DNA of 64,000 nucleotides from an uncultured Candidatus Saccharibacteria bacterium (GTDB lineage Bacteria > Patescibacteriota > Minisyncoccia > Phycocordibacterales > Phycocordibacteraceae): the NCBI GenBank assembly GCA_964391975.1, contig CAYMNZ010000001.1, forward strand, positions 132,465 to 196,464. The letters run 5' to 3'. Every line of letters starts with the position of its first letter. Within the stretch, counting starts at the first letter, position 1. The position numbers and the translations under genes are program-made. Shown one piece after another: positions 58,829 to 64,000 of this stretch. The notes beneath the pieces were generated by a model, which was not told the DNA's origin, made no database searches, and was given only the letters and a program-made list of their open reading frames with translations.

Positions 58829-59735
58829 GCCAGAGGTAGATATCCTCAAGCGCCTTCACAGCGTCGCCTGCAGCGATGTTGTTCTGGTGGTAGAGCTCGT
58901 CGGTGCAGTCTCCTGCGGCCCATACGCCCTCAATGGGGGTGCGCTGATTGCGAGGGTCTGCGGTGACGCGCTTGAACTTGTCCATAGGAAGGAAGCCGTC
59001 GGCGAAGTCAGTGTTTGGAATCACACCAATTTCAACGAAGACACCGGTGACCGGAAGCGTGGTCTTCTCCTTCGTAACAGAGTCTTCAACCACCACACCC
59101 GAGACAAACTTCTCGCCCAAAATTTCTACGGGCTGCGAGTTAGGCATACCCTTCATGTTTGGGTGTGCGAGCACCTTGTTGACCGTAATAGCATCGGCAC
59201 CATACTCGGCGCTGCGATGAAGAAGGGTAACGGTCTTCGCATACGCAAGGAGCTGCGCAGCAGTCTCAAAGCCTGCATTGCCACCACCCACCACCACGAC
59301 ATCTTGTCCGGAGAAGAGAGGACCATCGCAGGAAGCACAGTACACGACACCTTTGTTTTCAAACTGCGCTGCCCCTGGGATATCAAGCTTGCGACGACCT
59401 GCACCGGAAGCGACGAGAACTGCACGGGCGACGTATTCCTTTTCTCCCGCAGTAACAGCAAAGCCCTCACCTGATTTACCAATCTTAGTGACGCGCACTC
59501 CTTCAACAACCTCAACGAACTCTCCCTTGTACGCAAAGAGGTGCTCTTTGAGCACTTTGGCAAGCTCACTTCCTGGAATCTTGATAGTACCAATCCAGTT
59601 CTCGACGCCCTCAGAGACGGTGGACTGTCCGCCGAACTCCTCGGTGATGAGAATAGTTTTTAATTGTTTGCGAGCGGCATAGACGCCTGCAGCAACTCCT
59701 GCTGGTCCGCCGCCGATGATGATGAGGTCATGCAT
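58815..59735 (-). CDS. trxB: Thioredoxin-disulfide reductase
   Basis: IIGGGPAGVAAGVYAAR FAD motif; redox-active CASCDG; NADPH GGGNAGFE. Confidence 0.9.
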   Translation of the reverse strand: MHDLIIIGGGPAGVAAGVYAARKQLKTILITEEFGGQSTVSEGVENWIGTIKIPGSELAKVLKEHLFAYKGEFVEVVEGVRVTKIGKSGEGFAVTAGEKEYVARAVLVASGAGRRKLDIPGAAQFENKGVVYCASCDGPLFSGQDVVVVGGGNAGFETAAQLLAYAKTVTLLHRSAEYGADAITVNKVLAHPNMKGMPNSQPVEILGEKFVSGVVVEDSVTKEKTTLPVTGVFVEIGVIPNTDFADGFLPMDKFKRVTADPRNQRTPIEGVWAAGDCTDELYHQNNIAAGDAVKALEDIYLWLKAR

Positions 59736-59785
59736 AGTCGAGAGAGTATAGCAGAAACCCCGCTTTCGCGGGGCTCTGGATAACG

Positions 59786-61003
59786 TTATTTATTCTTGTT
59801 CCTTCGAAGGAAGGAAGGGATGACGCCGAAACCGTTGTCGTCTTCCTCGACAATCGGGGTGACAGGCTTCTCCTCACGGCGCTGGGGCTGTGCAGTAACC
59901 ACAGGCTCCTCCTTCTTGCGAGGGGCGTCCTCTTCAGGCTCCTTGCGCTCAAGGACGTCGTTGTAAATCTTGCCGCGGGTGTCGGTCTGCTCCTTAGGCG
60001 TAAGGGAGAAGAGAGAGCGCTCGCCCATAGTCGTCTCGCCAGTGCCCTCTGGGAAGCCCGTAGCGATGACGATGATGCGAATCTGGCCCTTCTTGAGCTT
60101 CTCGTCGCGCATGATACCGAAGATGACCTTGGCAGTCTTGTCGACGGACTCGGAGACGACCTTGGCTGCCTCCTGCACTTCGAGGATGCCGAGGTCTTCG
60201 TTGCCTGCGACCACGAAGAGCACGCCCTTGGCTCCTGCGATAGAGACATCGAGGAGTGGGGAATTGACGGCCTGCGTTGCTGCATCCTTGGCGCGGTTGT
60301 CGCCCTCGGAAATACCAATACCCATGAGTGCAGGACCTGCACCTTCCATGATGGCCTTAATGTCGTTGAAGTCGGTGTTGATTTCACCGGGAGTGACGAT
60401 GATGTCAGAGACACCTTCCACTGCCTGGCGAAGAATCTCGTCACAGAGTGCAAACGCGCTCTTGGCTGAGGTGTTTGGCTCAACAATGGCGAGGAGCTTG
60501 TCGTTGGGAATGATGATGAACGCATCTACCTCCTTCTTGAGTTCAGCAAGACCGCGGTCAGCAATATCCTTGCGCTGTGCGCCCTCAAACGAGAACGGAC
60601 GAGTGACTACGGCGACCGTAAGTGCTCCCATCTCCTTGGCAATCTTTGCAATTACTGCAGAAGCGCCGGTGCCAGTACCACCGCCCATACCACAGGTGAT
60701 GAACACCATGTCGGAACCCTGGAGTCCTTCCTGAATTTCCTGGCGGGTTTCTTCTGCTGCGCGACGTCCGAGGTCGGGGTTCATGCCGGCACCAAGACCG
60801 CGGGTGAGGTTCTTGCCGATGTGAATCTTGCGCTTGGCGAGGGAGCGGTGAAGGTCCTGCGCATCGGTGTTGATGGCGATGAACTCAACTCCCTTCACTT
60901 TGGAGTTGATCATGTGGTTCACGGCGTTTAAGCCCGAACCGCCCACACCGACGACCCGTATCCGGGCAAACGTCTCGATTTCAGGCACGATGCGCTTAGA
61001 CAT
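59786..61003 (-). CDS. ftsZ: Cell division protein FtsZ
   Basis: GVGGSGLNAV, tubulin signature GGGTGTGA, NTDAQ. Confidence 0.95.
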   Translation of the reverse strand: MSKRIVPEIETFARIRVVGVGGSGLNAVNHMINSKVKGVEFIAINTDAQDLHRSLAKRKIHIGKNLTRGLGAGMNPDLGRRAAEETRQEIQEGLQGSDMVFITCGMGGGTGTGASAVIAKIAKEMGALTVAVVTRPFSFEGAQRKDIADRGLAELKKEVDAFIIIPNDKLLAIVEPNTSAKSAFALCDEILRQAVEGVSDIIVTPGEINTDFNDIKAIMEGAGPALMGIGISEGDNRAKDAATQAVNSPLLDVSIAGAKGVLFVVAGNEDLGILEVQEAAKVVSESVDKTAKVIFGIMRDEKLKKGQIRIIVIATGFPEGTGETTMGERSLFSLTPKEQTDTRGKIYNDVLERKEPEEDAPRKKEEPVVTAQPQRREEKPVTPIVEEDDNGFGVIPSFLRRNKNK

Positions 61004-61113
61004 ATGAATAGAGTAAGACTGCTAACAACCTAGCCCCCGCTAGACTGGCGGTAATCATAACAGGGTATGACGCCTTGCAAAGATTGACGCCTTGTCAATA
61101 CCGTATCGTAATT

Positions 61114-62289
61114 TTAAGGGAGAAACTGACGGAAAAAGCGTGTGAGGGAGGTCTTCATGCCAGCAAGTGAGGCTTTGCCGCTACTTGGGCCACCACTCAT
61201 CTCTCCAGTGAGCCCCCAGAGCGCGAGTCCGTAGGCAACTGCCCAGGTTGCGTCCTTTATTTTGGCATCTGGAGCAACGCGAATATCTGCAATGCGCGAA
61301 GGAAGTGAAAGCGAACCTTTTGCGATGTCGCTTATCGAACCTTGGCCGGCGCCACCACCTGAAAGAATGATGCCAGCAGGAAGCGCACCGCGCTTGCCGA
61401 TAGCTTTGAGGTGCTTGTCGATTAAATCAAACATGCCTTTGAAGCGCGCGCCCATAATGTCGTCAACGCGCTTGCGCGGATACATGGCGCCTGAGAGTCG
61501 CCCAAGCTTAATGCGCTCTGCATCCTCCAAGGAGACCTTGAATCCAAGTGCAAGATCATCCGTGATGCTGCTTGAGCCTGAAGGGAAGACCTTGAGCGAA
61601 ATAGGAACACCTTCGTCGTAGACCACGATAGAGACAGTCTCGGCACCAATGTTAGCCAGCACACAACCTTTCATCTTCTGGTCTTTGGCGAGCGTCACGT
61701 AGGAGCCAGCGAGTGGAGAAGCCATACAGTCGATGACTTCCACATCCGCATTCTCAACTGCGTTGGTGAGCGCATCAGCGTGGCTCTCAAGGCAGGTAAT
61801 AAAAAGGAAGTCGCCCTCAAGTCGTGTGCCCTTCATACCAAGCGGCTCGCCCAAACTCTTCACCCCATCAACGCTCCAGCCAAGCGGAATCTCGTGGAGG
61901 ATGCGGCGGTTCAAAAATGCAGGAGAGGCGGCCTGACGTGCAGACTCCTGTGCCTTCTCAATATCGAGCTCAGTAATCTCTGCGTCTGCGCGCGAAATAA
62001 TGGCAGTACCTGTGCCGCGCGTCTCATCAAGTGAGATACCGCCGATGGCAAGAAAGCCGCTCTTAATAGGGAGGCGAGCTACCTGCTCTGCCTGACGCTT
62101 AGCGCGCCGTATGCTCTCAGCCACGTCGTCTACATCAACGACGTACCCATGCCGCATGCCTGCGGTCTCTGCTATGCCGGTGCCAATGATGCGGAGCCCG
62201 GGGCCTTCGCTATCGCGTACCTCCTCGACGACTACCACCTTTACTTGGTGACTTCCGATGTCGATTCCCGTTGCGATTCTTCGTGCCAT
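61114..62289 (-). CDS. ftsA: Cell division protein FtsA
   Basis: Actin-fold IATGIDIGSHQVKVVVV N-terminus, GGGAGQG; start placed at MARRIATG. Confidence 0.85.
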   Translation of the reverse strand: MARRIATGIDIGSHQVKVVVVEEVRDSEGPGLRIIGTGIAETAGMRHGYVVDVDDVAESIRRAKRQAEQVARLPIKSGFLAIGGISLDETRGTGTAIISRADAEITELDIEKAQESARQAASPAFLNRRILHEIPLGWSVDGVKSLGEPLGMKGTRLEGDFLFITCLESHADALTNAVENADVEVIDCMASPLAGSYVTLAKDQKMKGCVLANIGAETVSIVVYDEGVPISLKVFPSGSSSITDDLALGFKVSLEDAERIKLGRLSGAMYPRKRVDDIMGARFKGMFDLIDKHLKAIGKRGALPAGIILSGGGAGQGSISDIAKGSLSLPSRIADIRVAPDAKIKDATWAVAYGLALWGLTGEMSGGPSSGKASLAGMKTSLTRFFRQFLP

Positions 62290-62671
62290 TGTGTAGAGAT
62301 ACGAACCGGGCAAGCAGTGCCCGCTCTCGTTTCTCCATTGTAGGGCCATGAGGCATTCCCTTCAAATGCAGGAGTGCGTGGATAAACAAGAATGCGACGA
62401 ATTGAGGGTACGAAAGGTCGTAGTCAGGAGCTTGGGACTTGGCTACTTGAAGGCAGATGATGACCTCACCGCTCTTGGTATCAGAGGCATACGAGAGCAC
62501 GTTCGGAACGTAGCTCTTCTTTCTGAGGCTTTGGTTAAGACGCTTAGCCTCGGTTGGTCCAACAAACGCAAGAGACACTTCCCATGAAGGAAGTAGTGCT
62601 TTCGCTATGCGTGTAAAAGGAACACCCGGCACAGGGCGCCGGGTGAGGTTTCGAATACTGACTGCAGGCAT
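62210..62671 (-). CDS. ybeY: rRNA maturation endoribonuclease YbeY
   Basis: HALLHLKGMPHG (H-x3-H-x5-H zinc motif); 3' end overlaps ftsA start by ~80 nt. Confidence 0.65.
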   Translation of the reverse strand: MPAVSIRNLTRRPVPGVPFTRIAKALLPSWEVSLAFVGPTEAKRLNQSLRKKSYVPNVLSYASDTKSGEVIICLQVAKSQAPDYDLSYPQFVAFLFIHALLHLKGMPHGPTMEKRERALLARFVSLHNGTKNRNGNRHRKSPSKGGSRRGGTR

Positions 62672-62676
62672 TTAGG

Positions 62677-62934
62677 CTACTTGCGGCGACCGCGGGCGAG
62701 AGCTGCTGGGTCAATCTTGCCGAGCTTCACGTCCTCGTTGTACTTGGAACGGCGAGCGCTCTTTATCATGGCGCGGGCGTGGTCAACGTTCTTGGACTTC
62801 TGGCGGGCGTAGTAGCGGCGCTTGCGGAGAGCACGGACAAGACCCAGGGTCTGGGCCCGGCGGGAGAAACGGCGGATAAGCGACGCAGAACTCTCGTTCT
62901 TGCTGCGCTTCACCTCTACGCGTATTGCATCCAT
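62677..62934 (-). CDS. rpsU: 30S ribosomal protein S21
   Basis: VEVKRSKNESSASLIRRFSRRAQTLGLVRALRKRRYYARQKSK matches S21 pattern (V-x-V..E..AL-RF-R...G...E-RRR-FYE-P); basic C-terminal tail. Confidence 0.7.
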   Translation of the reverse strand: MDAIRVEVKRSKNESSASLIRRFSRRAQTLGLVRALRKRRYYARQKSKNVDHARAMIKSARRSKYNEDVKLGKIDPAALARGRRK

Positions 62935-62965
62935 AGTCCCGGGATACTAGCACGGGGGTTGCCGA

Positions 62966-63460
62966 CTAGGCAACTCCCTTTGAAACGGCGGCGAACACCG
63001 TCCCATCAAACCAGGCCTCTCCGTATCCTTCGCGGCGGTCCGTCAGTATGCGCAGCGACCGTTTACCGCCCTCCTTGGTGATGGCGAATACGTAGTTGTG
63101 TCCTGCAAGCTTAATCTGGGTCCCGAGTGCTAATCCTTCGGCTTCGGTATTTGCGAGCGCTGAGGCGAGAAGCTGGCGAATAGTTGCGGGCGCGAGTCCT
63201 TCCTGTTTCAGACGCTCTATAGCCGCTTCGCTCGTGAGGCGGACATCGTAACGTTTCTCAATGGGTACAAAGGGTTCGGTTGATTCTGGAAGCGAGGTGA
63301 CGCGCCCCTCGTTGTACACGTCCATGAGTGTTGTCAGCTCGATTTTGAGCCCATGGGTTTTATCAAGCTTCCGTATAAGTTCCGGTACCGCGTCGCGTGG
63401 GTCAACGCGTACCGTCTCCGGTTGAGTCGTGCTAGGTGAAGGCGTCGTCTCCGGTCCCAT
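62966..63460 (-). CDS. Hypothetical protein
   Basis: 164-aa ORF, Pro/Thr-rich N-terminus, no recognisable domain. Confidence 0.35.
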   Translation of the reverse strand: MGPETTPSPSTTQPETVRVDPRDAVPELIRKLDKTHGLKIELTTLMDVYNEGRVTSLPESTEPFVPIEKRYDVRLTSEAAIERLKQEGLAPATIRQLLASALANTEAEGLALGTQIKLAGHNYVFAITKEGGKRSLRILTDRREGYGEAWFDGTVFAAVSKGVA

Positions 63461-63462
63461 GT

Positions 63463-64000
63463 TTACGCAACGGCACGAAGCCTATCTACCAACGTATCAA
63501 ACGGAATGAAGGTTTCTGTGTGGGTAGCGCGCTCACGAAGAATGACCGAGCGCTCAAGTGCCTCTTTGCGACCCATGATGATGAGGTAGCGAGGGTTAGA
63601 AATCTCAGCAAGGCGCATCTGTTCAGTGAGGGACTCAACGCCAATGGACTGCATCATAGGAATGCGGGCACGCCTGAGGTGGTCAGCCATCTTCATGCTC
63701 TCGCGCTTTGCTTCGTCTCCGATGTGCACGAACACGAAGCGAGGCGCTCCACGCTCTTTGTGCGGAGGGATGGTGGCCTTCGTGTCCATAGTGATGCGCA
63801 CCACAGCACCCACTGACGGCATCGCGCTCTTGAAGAAGGACTTGCCCATATCGTTGTAGCGAGAGCCCCAGGCCTTGATGCGCCCGTCTGCCGTCTCAAT
63901 AGAGAAACAGGTTTCCGTCCATGCGTTGCCCCGAGACAGAAGCTGCGGCGTGAGTTCGTACGGAGTATCGGTAGATTCTAGATACTCAAGCACCGCCTCA
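63463..64000 (-). CDS. hisS: 3' fragment of a class II aminoacyl-tRNA synthetase, histidyl-tRNA-synthetase-like (gene continues beyond the window)
   Basis: Degenerate motif 3 (AWGSRYNDMG, compare GGGRYD) followed by PSVGAVVRI and a class IIa anticodon-binding domain (RYLIIMGRKEALERSVILRE). Confidence 0.5.
   Translation of the reverse strand, partial: EAVLEYLESTDTPYELTPQLLSRGNAWTETCFSIETADGRIKAWGSRYNDMGKSFFKSAMPSVGAVVRITMDTKATIPPHKERGAPRFVFVHIGDEAKRESMKMADHLRRARIPMMQSIGVESLTEQMRLAEISNPRYLIIMGRKEALERSVILRERATHTETFIPFDTLVDRLRAVA

Overview
This 64-kb window is a gene-dense stretch of bacterial chromosome, about 90% coding, with GC roughly in the mid-50s. I called about 75 protein genes, 7 tRNAs, an RNase P RNA and three rho-independent terminators. 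Most genes are housekeeping. Translation: typA, lepA, valS, rpsU, ybeY, tsaD, tsaC and a hisS-like 3' fragment. Protein folding and repair: groES-groEL, htpX-lemA, Hsp20, msrA/msrB, DsbA + VKOR and trxB. Cell envelope and division: mltG, murJ, an O-antigen-ligase/TPR protein, an L,D-transpeptidase–carboxypeptidase fusion and ftsA-ftsZ. RNA metabolism: RNase J and a DEAD-box helicase. Metabolism: a partial riboflavin module and an SAH hydrolase–sugar-kinase operon. There is no integrase, transposase or CRISPR array, and no convincing defence or toxin–antitoxin system. Taken together, the small proteins, FtsA, DedA, VKOR, the O-antigen-ligase/TPR protein, MurJ–LepA adjacency, patchy biosynthesis and several Fe-S-less enzymes are compatible with a reduced-genome Patescibacteria/CPR-like bacterium, but this is inference only. 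The candidates for something undescribed are:
- a tRNA-Ser-abutting pair of hypothetical envelope proteins, one with ~38-aa tandem repeats (27436–29788);
- a stand-alone cyanophycin-synthetase-like ATP-grasp enzyme translationally coupled to an unknown 165-aa protein (57138–58828);
- a bactofilin-like beta-helical domain fused to a polytopic membrane domain (14619–15770);
- a GIY-YIG–MORN–zinc-ribbon fusion (12704–13270);
- Gly/Arg-rich N-terminal tails on both RNase J and the DEAD-box helicase;
- an unknown 275-aa protein heading an operon with the PfkB sugar kinase and SAH hydrolase (51954–52781).
I could run no searches, so every call rests on motifs visible in the six-frame translations.
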